A stretch of 64,000 nucleotides of DNA from IMG/VR virus record IMGVR_UViG_3300025284_000066; one strand, written 5' to 3'. Below, in pieces: positions 18,679-27,566 of this stretch (positions within the stretch are counted from its first letter, which is position 1; the number at the start of each line of letters is the position of its first letter). The stretch comes from an uncultured virus (IMG/VR IMGVR_UViG_3300025284_000066) (Duplodnaviria; Heunggongvirae; Uroviricota; Caudoviricetes). The translations under genes were made by a program, and so were the position numbers. Below the pieces are notes generated by a model. That model had not been told where the DNA came from and made no database searches. It saw only the letters and a list, made by a program, of their open reading frames with translations.

Positions 18679-19208
18679 AGCGCAGCGCGCCGTTGATGCG
18701 CACAGAGTTCAAGCGCCGCCGGCCGCAGGTCATCGGCGCGGATCTCGCGTCGGGCCCCGACCGCACGGTGATCGTGAAGGTGCTGCCGGTGCCCGGCCGC
18801 ATCGTGAGCATGGGCGCGATCAACGATGCCGATTTCCGCGGGGGCGTGCCAAAGACCGTGAAGCAGGAGAACCGCGCGCTATTGAACATGGCCAAGGGCC
18901 AGCGCTGCTTGCTGCAGGTGCCCGGTACGTGCTCGGGCGACACCGCCACCACGGTCGCGTGTCACAGCAACTGGTCGGTGCACGGCAAGGCCGGCGCGCG
19001 CAAGGCTGACGACCAGTGGTCCGTGTGGGGTTGCGTGCGCTGCCACACCTGGCTCGACCAAGGCCCGGCCCCGGCGGCCGAGAAGATCGAGCGGTTCAGC
19101 GCCGCTCACCGCTGGATGGTTTCCATCTGGCAAGACATCGTGGCGGGCGTGCTGCCCGCCACACCGAAGGAGCGCCGGGCCGCCGCGTGGGCCCTGGCCA
19201 GGATTTAA
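18675..19208 (+). CDS. DUF1364-like Zn-binding nuclease
   Basis: CLLQVPGTC...TVACH...KADD...GCVRCHTWLD. Confidence 0.75.
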   Translation: MKRSAPLMRTEFKRRRPQVIGADLASGPDRTVIVKVLPVPGRIVSMGAINDADFRGGVPKTVKQENRALLNMAKGQRCLLQVPGTCSGDTATTVACHSNWSVHGKAGARKADDQWSVWGCVRCHTWLDQGPAPAAEKIERFSAAHRWMVSIWQDIVAGVLPATPKERRAAAWALARI

Positions 19209-19222
19209 AACGAGGAGAACGA

Positions 19223-19789
19223 ATGGCTGAAGCCCAGAAATCAACCCTGCTGGTGGTGCTGGAGGCGGTGCAGGATCTGCACGCCCAGGAGCAGGTGGTA
19301 ACCCGCGAGACGCTGGCCGAGCTCACCGGCCTGAAGCTCACCACCATCGACGACCGCCTCGGCGTCCTGGTGGACGAGGGCGACATCGTGCGCGTGCAAC
19401 GCGGCGTGTTCGTGCCGGCGGTGCGGCATGCGCCCGCGCGGCCCATGTCCAAGACCGTGATGCCCGACGGCACCGTGAAGATCGAGATCGGCGACGAGGT
19501 GCTCACGCTCACGCCGCGCGAGGACCGGGCGCTGGCGAACCTGATGGCCGGTGCCGCCGCTCAGGCTGCGGCCATCGAAGCGGGGAGGAACACTGCGCTG
19601 CTCGCGGCCGAGCTAGGTGAGGAGGTCAAGCGCCTGCGTCGTCAGGTGCAGGCGCTCACGGAACGAGTGGACCCTGGCCAAGGGCAGCTTTTCGCGGAGC
19701 TGGGGCGCGTCGTGAAGCCGGCCGCCAACGGCGCGGCATTCGGCTTCGATAGGAGCAAACCTGTTTCGGGCGGAAAATCAGTTTCATGA
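19223..19789 (+). CDS. wHTH DNA-binding protein (candidate late activator)
   Basis: TRETLAELTGLKLTTIDDRLGVLVDEGDIVRVQRGVF; GAGGAG RBS; near the end of the early operon. Confidence 0.7.
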   Translation: MAEAQKSTLLVVLEAVQDLHAQEQVVTRETLAELTGLKLTTIDDRLGVLVDEGDIVRVQRGVFVPAVRHAPARPMSKTVMPDGTVKIEIGDEVLTLTPREDRALANLMAGAAAQAAAIEAGRNTALLAAELGEEVKRLRRQVQALTERVDPGQGQLFAELGRVVKPAANGAAFGFDRSKPVSGGKSVS

Positions 19790-20268
19790 ACACCTCCGAC
19801 TACATCGCGCTTGCCGCACTCGCGGTCAGTGGATATGCCGTTTACCAGTCTCACCGTACAAATGCGCGCACAGAAGCGGCACGTCGGGAGTCGGAAGCCA
19901 CACAGGCCGCTGCCAAGCGCCGGGGGCTGGTCGACGAGGTGATCCTAGAGGCGCACGGCTTGGCCGACGACGTGCGCTTGCACGGCGGCGAGGTAGAGAA
20001 GACGAAGCGGCGCGCGAACGACATGGAGATCAAGAGCGGATCGCGCGAGAATTCGAGCTTCACCCTCATCCGGCAGAGTTGCGAGGGAAAGCGGATCGAG
20101 GCGGAAGATGCGCACACGGCCTATGCGCAGCCCGTCCTTTCTGCAACAACGGAGGCGCTCGGCCAGCGATCGGTCGAGGAGCTCGAATCGACGCTGCGAG
20201 ACATAAAAAAGGCGCGCGGTCGCGTGCACCTGCTCATTGAGGAAACCAAAAAGCTGCTATCGGAGTAG
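19786..20268 (+). CDS. Membrane-anchored coiled-coil accessory protein
   Basis: N-terminal YIALAALAVSGYAVY helix followed by charged helices. Confidence 0.6.
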   Translation: MNTSDYIALAALAVSGYAVYQSHRTNARTEAARRESEATQAAAKRRGLVDEVILEAHGLADDVRLHGGEVEKTKRRANDMEIKSGSRENSSFTLIRQSCEGKRIEAEDAHTAYAQPVLSATTEALGQRSVEELESTLRDIKKARGRVHLLIEETKKLLSE

Positions 20269-20296
20269 CCGAACTCCCACCGGCGAGAATAGCCGT

Positions 20297-20590
20297 GTGA
20301 ACACGCGCACCTCTCAATTGGCAGGCCAGGAGCTCGAAGCCTGGGTAGCCAAGGCCCTGGGCGAGCAGGCCTACAAGACCCTCTGGTCGGACTTCGAGAA
20401 GTTGGTAGACCGTTTCGCGATCAGCATCTCGCCCCTCCCGGGCAAGGGCCTGCAGTGGGTCGCGATCGTGATCGGTCGGCCAGGCACTGGACTATCCGAT
20501 GGCCCATACCAAGAGGGCCCGACGCCCCGAATCGCCGTAGGGCGCGCGATCGTTGCAGCCCGATTCGGCAAAGACCTTCAGATCGGCTGA
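20297..20590 (+). CDS. NinX/DUF2591-like phage protein
   Basis: TSQLAGQELEAWVAKALG...GPTPRIAVGRAIVAARFG. Confidence 0.7.
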   Translation: MNTRTSQLAGQELEAWVAKALGEQAYKTLWSDFEKLVDRFAISISPLPGKGLQWVAIVIGRPGTGLSDGPYQEGPTPRIAVGRAIVAARFGKDLQIG

Positions 20591-21714
20591 GCGAAGACCG
20601 CAGACCAATGCATATGGCTGCTCTTGTGGTGCCGCATTTCCCGTAGCTGGAACGTGATGCGCACGCGGCCGACGCGCGCCACGTCGACCTCGGCCTCCAT
20701 CGTCTCCGGCAGTCCTTTCGCAGGCTCGGGAAGCTGCTTCGAGGCAGCCGACAGCTCCTCGACCGACACGCTCGCCAACACGCCGTTCGGGTGGAATGGA
20801 TCTTTCAAGTCCGGCATCCGGCCGTCGCCGTACTGCACCAGCATCTTCAGCGCCGTCATGCCGTTGCGCACGCCCTTGTCCTCGTCGCAGTTGTTGAAGA
20901 TCATGTGGGCGTTCCGCGCCTTGTAGGCCAGTCGCACCGTCTCGGCGATGATGCCTTTGAGCTCGGCGTCCGAATACTCGTAGGAGAACCTTTCCGCCGG
21001 CGAGGACACCGCCGCGTTGTACGTCTCGGTGTTCCGCCCATGCAGGCGCACCAGCGTGTAGTTCGGATTCGTGACCTCCCAGACCGGCGGCACGCTGTTG
21101 TCGAAGCCGCGCGGGCCGTCGACCACGGTGTGCACGGCGTTCAGGGCGCGCAGCATGGCCAATGTCTCGACGGTCCGCTTCGTGCCGTCCCACCAGCTGC
21201 TGTGTCGAAACTCGATGCTGATGGTGTCCCGCGGCAGCTTCTGGCGGATGGACTCCAGGTGCGCGACCACCCGAGGGCTCGGCACCACCGACGGCGGGAA
21301 CTGGAAGTGGATCAGCCCGAGCTTGCCGTTCAGGCGCAGCGGCTCGAGCGATTGGTGGAAGGCCTCCCACAGCGCATCCTTCACCTCGTCGGCGGTGTCC
21401 CGGTAGAGCAGCCGCTTCCGGCCGGGCAGCAGCTCCTTCACGCCGCGCGGCAGCACCTGCACGTCGGTTTGGTGCCCGGTGAAGAAGCGGAACGCCTTCA
21501 CATTGAAGACGAACCCTTCGGGCGTGCGCGCCGCCCAGTTGTGCGTGTTCGTCTGGGAGGGGATGGCGTAGTAGCTGCTGTCCACCTCGACCAGCGGGAA
21601 GATGCTGGCGTAGTAGCGCAGGCGCGCCTCCGGTGTCTTGCAGTCCGGAGGGTAGAAGCGGCCGCAGTCGATCAGCGTCTTCTCGGCCCAGGAAGCATGC
21701 CCCACGAGAGTCAT
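20578..21714 (-). CDS. DUF72-family protein with a C-terminal extension
   Basis: VEVDSSYY, FVFNVKA, HFQFPP, IEFRH, VRLHGRN, YEYS..EL and IFNN motifs. Confidence 0.9.
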   Translation of the reverse strand: MTLVGHASWAEKTLIDCGRFYPPDCKTPEARLRYYASIFPLVEVDSSYYAIPSQTNTHNWAARTPEGFVFNVKAFRFFTGHQTDVQVLPRGVKELLPGRKRLLYRDTADEVKDALWEAFHQSLEPLRLNGKLGLIHFQFPPSVVPSPRVVAHLESIRQKLPRDTISIEFRHSSWWDGTKRTVETLAMLRALNAVHTVVDGPRGFDNSVPPVWEVTNPNYTLVRLHGRNTETYNAAVSSPAERFSYEYSDAELKGIIAETVRLAYKARNAHMIFNNCDEDKGVRNGMTALKMLVQYGDGRMPDLKDPFHPNGVLASVSVEELSAASKQLPEPAKGLPETMEAEVDVARVGRVRITFQLREMRHHKSSHMHWSAVFAQPI

Positions 21715-21742
21715 GTCCCATTATGGGCACCAGCAGCCGCCC

Positions 21743-21782
21743 CCCTGTAGGGATTCGCCGCGTCGGCGGGCAGCGAGAACAT
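21743..21782 (+). promoter_or_regulatory. Putative late promoter, copy 1
   Basis: CCCTGTAGGG...GAACAT at the conserved spacing. Confidence 0.7.
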
Positions 21783-21788
21783 TCCCGC

Positions 21789-22024
21789 ACCGATCACGGT
21801 CCCCGAACTTGGCGTCAGCCCTGGCGCTGGAGTGGGGGGCAAACCACTCCACATGACCCCTTGCGCATCCCAGGGGATTCAGGGCGGGATGAGAACCGCA
21901 CGGCCCAGCGCACCCAGCGTGCGTAGTCGGATGGACCGGACCCCGGCGCTTTCGCCGGCCAGTTGTCTCCTCGCGCGGCCTCGGCCGCACGTTCGCCCGC
22001 CAGGCCCACCCTGGCGGGTTTTTT
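21789..22024 (+). ncRNA. Putative structured ncRNA (~235 nt)
   Basis: Lies between a late promoter and an intrinsic terminator; at least five hairpins; no credible ORF. Confidence 0.55.
21996..22024 (+). terminator. Rho-independent terminator
   Basis: CCCGCCAGG-cccac-CCTGGCGGG-TTTTTT. Confidence 0.85.
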
Positions 22025-22078
22025 CTGCCGGACGCCCAGTCGCATCACAATGCACCAACTCCATCCTTGAGGGCTGTC

Positions 22079-22477
22079 ATGAGCAATTACGACTTCGAGT
22101 TCGACCTGATCCGCTCGCGAGACGACGCACCGCCATTCAGCCGCGAGTATCAGCAGGAGCTGGCAGGCTACGCGACGCAGTTCGGCCCTCACTCTCAGAC
22201 CGCCTTCACGATGGATTCTGTTGACGGCGGAGGAGGGCCGCTGGGCGAGTTCGCGTTTGGGAGCTATTCCGAGCTGATCAAGGCGGTGGGAGCGGTCGCT
22301 GTCGGCTACATCGCCGCGAGGGCGGGGCGGAAGGTGAAGGTCAAGAGCAAGGATCTTGAGGTTGAAGCCCGCAATCCCGAGGAGGTTAAGGCGCTGTTGC
22401 TGGTTCTCCGCGAGCATGAGGCTGAAGCAGCCGCGAAAGCGCCAGCGGCAAACGAGCAGAAGCCTCCTGCCGCATAG
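22079..22477 (+). CDS. Accessory protein with one hydrophobic helix (EACC1-like resemblance)
   Basis: GAGG RBS; LIKAVGAVAVGYIAARAGRKVKVK...EVEA. Confidence 0.65.
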   Translation: MSNYDFEFDLIRSRDDAPPFSREYQQELAGYATQFGPHSQTAFTMDSVDGGGGPLGEFAFGSYSELIKAVGAVAVGYIAARAGRKVKVKSKDLEVEARNPEEVKALLLVLREHEAEAAAKAPAANEQKPPAA

Positions 22478-22488
22478 CGCTGACATCA

Positions 22489-22528
22489 CCCTGTAGGGTT
22501 CGACCAGCTCGGGAGCGCGCGGAACACT
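22489..22528 (+). promoter_or_regulatory. Putative late promoter, copy 2 (leaderless terS mRNA)
   Basis: CCCTGTAGGGTTCGAC-N18-AACACT; ATG 7 nt later. Confidence 0.75.
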
Positions 22529-22535
22529 CGCGCGC

Positions 22536-23501
22536 ATGGCAACACGCAAGCCGGCCAAGAAGCAGGCACCCGCACAGAAGAAGACCACCCCCAAGCCCGC
22601 AGCCGCCAAGAAGGCCGCGGGCGCACCTGCGCGCAAGAAGGCCGCACCGCCGGCGAAGCCGAAGAAGCCAGCCCGACCGGCCCGAGCAGCAACACTAGCA
22701 CCAGCCGCTGAACCCGCACAGCTCGGCCTGACCGACCTCCAGCAGCGCTTCGTCGACGAATACCTGGTGGACCTGAACGGCACGCAGGCTGCCATCCGAG
22801 CCGGCTACAGCCCGGACACCGCCCGGCAGATGGCATCGGAGAACCTGTCAAAACCGTACATCCAGATCGCCATCGCTGAAGCTCGAAAGGCCCAGCAGGC
22901 GCGCACGCACATCGAGGCCGATCGCGTGGTGGTGGAGGCTTGGAACATCGTGTTCGCCGACCCGCGTGAGCTGGTGCAGATCAAGGTCGGCTGCTGCCGG
23001 CACTGCTGGGGCGAAGGTTTCAAGTTCCAGCGCACCGTGGGCGAGTTCAACCACGACCGCGAGCAGCACGCCCTCAAGGCTGGCAACCTGGCCGACTTCG
23101 ACGAGAAGGGCGGCATCGGCTTCGACCCGCTCAAGCCGCCGCATCCGGCCTGCCCGGACTGTGGTGGCGATGGCTACCCGCGCACCGTGCTGACCGACAC
23201 GCGCCAACTGTCGCCCGCAGCGCGCGCCCTGTATGCCGGCGCCAAGATGACGAAGTACGGTATCGAGGTGCAGATGCACGACAAGGCCGCCTTCGCCGAG
23301 AAGCTCTTCAAGCACCTGGGCCTCTACGAGAAGGACAACCAGCAGAAGACCGACCCGCTGGCGTCGCTGCTGAGCCGGATCACGACCGGCAACGCCAACG
23401 GCTTCCGGCCCGTGGCCGACGACCCCGAGGTTCCCGATGCTGGCGCTCCGACGCCGCCGAGCGCGCTCCAGCCGCGCCAGGACGTGGACGGCGAGGACTG
23501 A
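22536..23501 (+). CDS. terS: Terminase small subunit with a Zn-ribbon insertion
   Basis: LTDLQQRFVDEYLVDLNGTQAAIRAGYS...ASENLSKP; directly upstream of terL. Confidence 0.9.
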   Translation: MATRKPAKKQAPAQKKTTPKPAAAKKAAGAPARKKAAPPAKPKKPARPARAATLAPAAEPAQLGLTDLQQRFVDEYLVDLNGTQAAIRAGYSPDTARQMASENLSKPYIQIAIAEARKAQQARTHIEADRVVVEAWNIVFADPRELVQIKVGCCRHCWGEGFKFQRTVGEFNHDREQHALKAGNLADFDEKGGIGFDPLKPPHPACPDCGGDGYPRTVLTDTRQLSPAARALYAGAKMTKYGIEVQMHDKAAFAEKLFKHLGLYEKDNQQKTDPLASLLSRITTGNANGFRPVADDPEVPDAGAPTPPSALQPRQDVDGED

Positions 23502-23503
23502 GC

Positions 23504-25186
23504 ATGGCGAAGAAGGTGCAGGACGAAGAGCGCGACGACTGGCTGCCCGAGCTGGCCGGCGGATCGGCGCTCGATGGGCAGCTCTGGCCGGACAAGCCGC
23601 GCGACCTGAAGCGCATCAAGGTCATCCCGCCCACGCACGTGCCTCAGGACGCGGCGGAGCTCGAGCGCTGCCTTGCCGACCCGGAATGGCGTCTCTTCAG
23701 TGGGTGCCTGTACCAGATCATCGTGAAGGGGGAGAACGATGGCGACGACGACCTGGTGCAGCCCTTCATCCCCAACCGGGCGCAGAAGCGCTTCATTCGT
23801 CGGCTCTGGCATCGCAACATCATCCTGAAGGCGCGGCAGCTCGGCTTCACGACCCTGATCGCCATCCTGTGGCTCGACCACGCTCTGTTCAACGGGAACC
23901 AGCGCTGCGGCATGATCGCCCAGGACCGCGAGACGGCCGAGGCCATCTTCCGCGACAAGGTGGTCTTCGCCTACGACCACCTGCCCGAGGAGCTGCGCGA
24001 GCGCTTCCCGCTGGCCAGGGCCAGCACGAAGGAGCTGCTGTTCGGCCACAACAACAGCAGCATCCGCGTGGCCACCAGCGTGCGGGGCGGCACGATCCAT
24101 CGCCTGCACGTCTCCGAGTTCGGGAAGATCTGCGCCAAGTTCCCCGCGAAGGCGAACGAAGTCGTCACCGGCTCGATACAGGCGGTGCCGCTGTCCGGCA
24201 TCCTGGTCATCGAGAGCACGGCAGAGGGCAGGGAGGGCGAGTTCTACGACATGTGCCAGCGCGCCCAGGCGCTGGTCGCCGGCAAGGTCAAGCTCACCGC
24301 CAGCCAGTACCGCTTCCACTTCTACGCCTGGTGGCAAGACCCGGCGTACTCGATGGACCCGGCCGGCGTCGCCATCAGCAACGAGCAGCACGACTACTTC
24401 AACGAGATCGAGCAGACGTGCGAGTGCAAGATCGACCTCGGGCAGCGCGCCTGGTACGTTGAAAAGCTGCGCAACGACTTCTCCGGCAAAGAGGAGAAGA
24501 TGTGGCAGGAGTACCCCTCGACGCCTGAGGAGGCCTTCCAGCAGTCCACGGCCGGCCACTACTACGCCAAGGACTTGGTGCTGCTGCGCAAGCGCGGCGG
24601 CATCTGCCAGGTGCCCGTGCTCGACCTGCCGGTCTACACCTTCTGGGACATCGGCAACAGCGACGGCACGGCCATCTGGTTCATGCAGCTGCTGCGCGGC
24701 GAGGACCGCTTCATCGGCTACTACGAGGAGCACGAGGAAGACCTCCGCCACTACGCGCGCCACCTCCAGGAGCGAGGCTACCTCTACGGTGGGCACTTCC
24801 TGCCGCACGACGCCGACCACAAGCGCCTCGGCGACTACAACCGCAGCACGAAGGAGCAGCTGCAGCTTCTGCTGCCCGGCCAGGCCTTCTTCATCGTGCC
24901 GCGCGTCACCGAGCTGATGACCGGCATCTATGCCGTGCGCAAGCACATCAAGGGCGCCTACTTCGATCTGAATGGGACGGAGGAGGGCATGAAGCGCATC
25001 CAGGGCTACCGCAAGAAGTTCAGCCAGTCGGAGAGCCGCTTCCTAGACCAGCCCGACAAGAGCAACGGGTGCAGCGAAGGCGCTGACGCGCTGCGCCAGT
25101 GGGCACAAGCCAAGGAGCTCGGGCTGCTCGACAGCCTGACCGAGAACAGCAGCTACGTGGAGGCCCCGGAGGCTGCCTGCGTGTGA
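23504..25186 (+). CDS. terL: Terminase large subunit
   Basis: LKARQLGFTT Walker A, LHVSEFG, ESTAEG, WDIG and LPHD nuclease motifs. Confidence 0.93.
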   Translation: MAKKVQDEERDDWLPELAGGSALDGQLWPDKPRDLKRIKVIPPTHVPQDAAELERCLADPEWRLFSGCLYQIIVKGENDGDDDLVQPFIPNRAQKRFIRRLWHRNIILKARQLGFTTLIAILWLDHALFNGNQRCGMIAQDRETAEAIFRDKVVFAYDHLPEELRERFPLARASTKELLFGHNNSSIRVATSVRGGTIHRLHVSEFGKICAKFPAKANEVVTGSIQAVPLSGILVIESTAEGREGEFYDMCQRAQALVAGKVKLTASQYRFHFYAWWQDPAYSMDPAGVAISNEQHDYFNEIEQTCECKIDLGQRAWYVEKLRNDFSGKEEKMWQEYPSTPEEAFQQSTAGHYYAKDLVLLRKRGGICQVPVLDLPVYTFWDIGNSDGTAIWFMQLLRGEDRFIGYYEEHEEDLRHYARHLQERGYLYGGHFLPHDADHKRLGDYNRSTKEQLQLLLPGQAFFIVPRVTELMTGIYAVRKHIKGAYFDLNGTEEGMKRIQGYRKKFSQSESRFLDQPDKSNGCSEGADALRQWAQAKELGLLDSLTENSSYVEAPEAACV

Positions 25187-25197
25187 GGACCACCACC

Positions 25198-27519
25198 ATG
25201 ACGAACCAGACCAACGACCTCGACCCCGTGGACACGCCCGATGGCGATGTGCCGCTCTCGCTCGCCGAGTACCACCAGATCCTCGAAGAGATCGACAGCC
25301 AGCCGCGCGCGTGGCGCCGCATTGCCGACCGGGAAATGGACTACGCCGACGGCAACCAGCTCGACACCGAGCTGATCCGTCACATGAAGGCGCAGGGCAT
25401 CCCGACCACGATGGAGAACCTGATCGGCGCATCGCTGGAGGGCATCCGTGGCTACGAGGAGGCGAACCGCACGGACTGGCGCGTGACCTCCAACGGGCAG
25501 CCCGGGGGACAGGACGTGGCGGACGCGATCAGCTTCAAGCTCAACGAGGCCGAGCGGAAGAGCAAGGCCGACGACGCCTGCAGCGGCGCCTTCTATCCTC
25601 AGATCGCGGTGGGCATCGGCTGGGCCGAGGTGTGCCGCAACTCCGATCCCTTCGACTACCCCTACCAGTGCAACGTAATCCACCGCAACGAGATCCACTG
25701 GGACTGGGCCAGCACCAAGCTGGACCTGAGCGACGCGCGGTGGTTGCGCCGCCAGCGGTGGATGCACCCGTCGCGCCTGGCGCGCGTCTTTCCTGACCAG
25801 AAGGAGCTGATCCGCCGCTACGGCCGCGCCGGCATCAACTGGTGGGCGGAGTTCGACGAGACGCAGCACGGCGGCGGCAGCACGGGCCTGAACCGGGCGT
25901 GGGATGTGGCGCGCGAGTGGACCCGCCTCGAAGACCGGTGGTTCAACCCGATGAACAAGGAGGTGTGCGCCTCCGAGCTGTGGTACCGCCGGTGGTCCGA
26001 TGTGATCGTGCTCAAGAGTCCGGACGGCCGCGTGGTGGAGTACGACGAGAACAACCCGGCGCACGTCTTCGCCCTGGCCAAGGGGCGCGTGCAGTTCATG
26101 CGCGCCACCGTGGCGAAGGTCCGCCGCAGCTATTGGCTCGGCCCGCACGTCCTCTTCGACGGCCCCAGCCCATATGCGCACCGCTACTTCCCGTACGTGC
26201 CGTTCTGGGGTTTCCGCGAGGACGGCACCGGCGTGCCCTTCGGCTATGTGCGTAACCTGATGGACCAGCAGGACACGCTGAACAACGGCAATGCGCGCCT
26301 GCGCTGGGGTATGAGCTCCTACCGCACCGAGCGCACGAAGGGCGCCGTCGACATGCCCGACGACGTGTTCCGCCGCACCATCAACCGCCCGGATGCAGAC
26401 ATCGTGCTGAACGCGGCGCACATGGCACAGCAGGGCGCCCGGTTCGAGGTGAAGCGCGACTTCCAGGCCAACGCCCAGCAGCTCGAGCAGCTCCAGAACG
26501 CCCGCAATGCGATCGAGCGCATCAACCCCGCCGCCGCGGGTGCGTTCTCTGGCCGGCGCGGCACTGCCAACAGCGGCATCCAGGAACAGACACAGGTGGA
26601 GCAGGCCAACCAGTCGCTCGCGCACATGATGGGCAACCAGAAGCGGGCGCGTACGCTGGTGGGAGAAATGCTGGTGGCGATGATCGTGCAGGACATCGGC
26701 TCAAGCCCGCACGCGGTCGTCATCGAGGGCGACGACGTGACGCCAGAGCGCACCGTGGTGCTCAACAAGCCTGAGGCGGACCCGCTCACCGGCGTTCCCT
26801 ACCTCTCCAACGATCTGCAGCGCACCCTGCTGCAGGTCGGTTTGGAAGATGTGCCCAGCTCGCCAACCTACCGCGGGCAGCAGCTCAACGCACTGTCCGA
26901 AGCGATCAAGAGCCTGCCGGCGCAGTACCAGGCCGCGGCCATGCCCTTCCTCGCCAGCCTCATGGACGTGCCGTTCAAGCGGGCGCTCGTGGAGGCTCTG
27001 CGCGCCGCCTCGGCGCAGGAGACGCCCGAGCAGGTGGAGAAGCGCATCCAGGAGGCGGTGCAGGACGCGCTGGCAAAGGCCGGCAACGACCTCAAGGCCC
27101 GCGAGCTCGACATGAAGGAGCGGCTGACCGAGGCCCAGATCAAGCAGATCATGGCCCAGGCGGTGCAGACCGGCGTGCAGGCGGCCTTCGCGGCGATGCA
27201 GGGCGGCGCGCAGGTGGCGCAGATGCCGATGATCGCGCCGATTGCCGACGCCATCATGCAGGGCGCAGGCTACCAGCGGCCCACGCCGGGCGGCGACGAC
27301 CCGAATTTCCCGACGCCTGCGCAGACGGCCGCCATGAACATCAAAGACCCCTACATCCAGGGGCAGGGGCCGGCCGCGCTGGCGGCTCAGGAGGAAGCTG
27401 CTGCTGCACCGCTGGTGCGCGAGAACACCAGCCCGACATTCCCGGCGCGCGCGGGGGCGGGGGCCAGCGGCATGGACGGCATCGAGACGGCGCGCACCAC
27501 CGACAACGTGCCAGCATAG
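25198..27519 (+). CDS. Portal protein (P22-like)
   Basis: Follows terL; DYADGNQL, FPYVPFWG...GVPFGYVRNLMDQQD; ~770 aa. Confidence 0.88.
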   Translation: MTNQTNDLDPVDTPDGDVPLSLAEYHQILEEIDSQPRAWRRIADREMDYADGNQLDTELIRHMKAQGIPTTMENLIGASLEGIRGYEEANRTDWRVTSNGQPGGQDVADAISFKLNEAERKSKADDACSGAFYPQIAVGIGWAEVCRNSDPFDYPYQCNVIHRNEIHWDWASTKLDLSDARWLRRQRWMHPSRLARVFPDQKELIRRYGRAGINWWAEFDETQHGGGSTGLNRAWDVAREWTRLEDRWFNPMNKEVCASELWYRRWSDVIVLKSPDGRVVEYDENNPAHVFALAKGRVQFMRATVAKVRRSYWLGPHVLFDGPSPYAHRYFPYVPFWGFREDGTGVPFGYVRNLMDQQDTLNNGNARLRWGMSSYRTERTKGAVDMPDDVFRRTINRPDADIVLNAAHMAQQGARFEVKRDFQANAQQLEQLQNARNAIERINPAAAGAFSGRRGTANSGIQEQTQVEQANQSLAHMMGNQKRARTLVGEMLVAMIVQDIGSSPHAVVIEGDDVTPERTVVLNKPEADPLTGVPYLSNDLQRTLLQVGLEDVPSSPTYRGQQLNALSEAIKSLPAQYQAAAMPFLASLMDVPFKRALVEALRAASAQETPEQVEKRIQEAVQDALAKAGNDLKARELDMKERLTEAQIKQIMAQAVQTGVQAAFAAMQGGAQVAQMPMIAPIADAIMQGAGYQRPTPGGDDPNFPTPAQTAAMNIKDPYIQGQGPAALAAQEEAAAAPLVRENTSPTFPARAGAGASGMDGIETARTTDNVPA

Positions 27520-27566
27520 GCAGTGGCGGCGCGTAAAGTACGGGCTTCCCAAATCCTGGTGAGCCT

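Noticed and set aside
27012..27026. GGCGCAGGAGACGCC and other partial GCGCAGGA matches as CsrA sites
   Set aside because: Mid-CDS, not near a start codon, and not matching the full 12-mer
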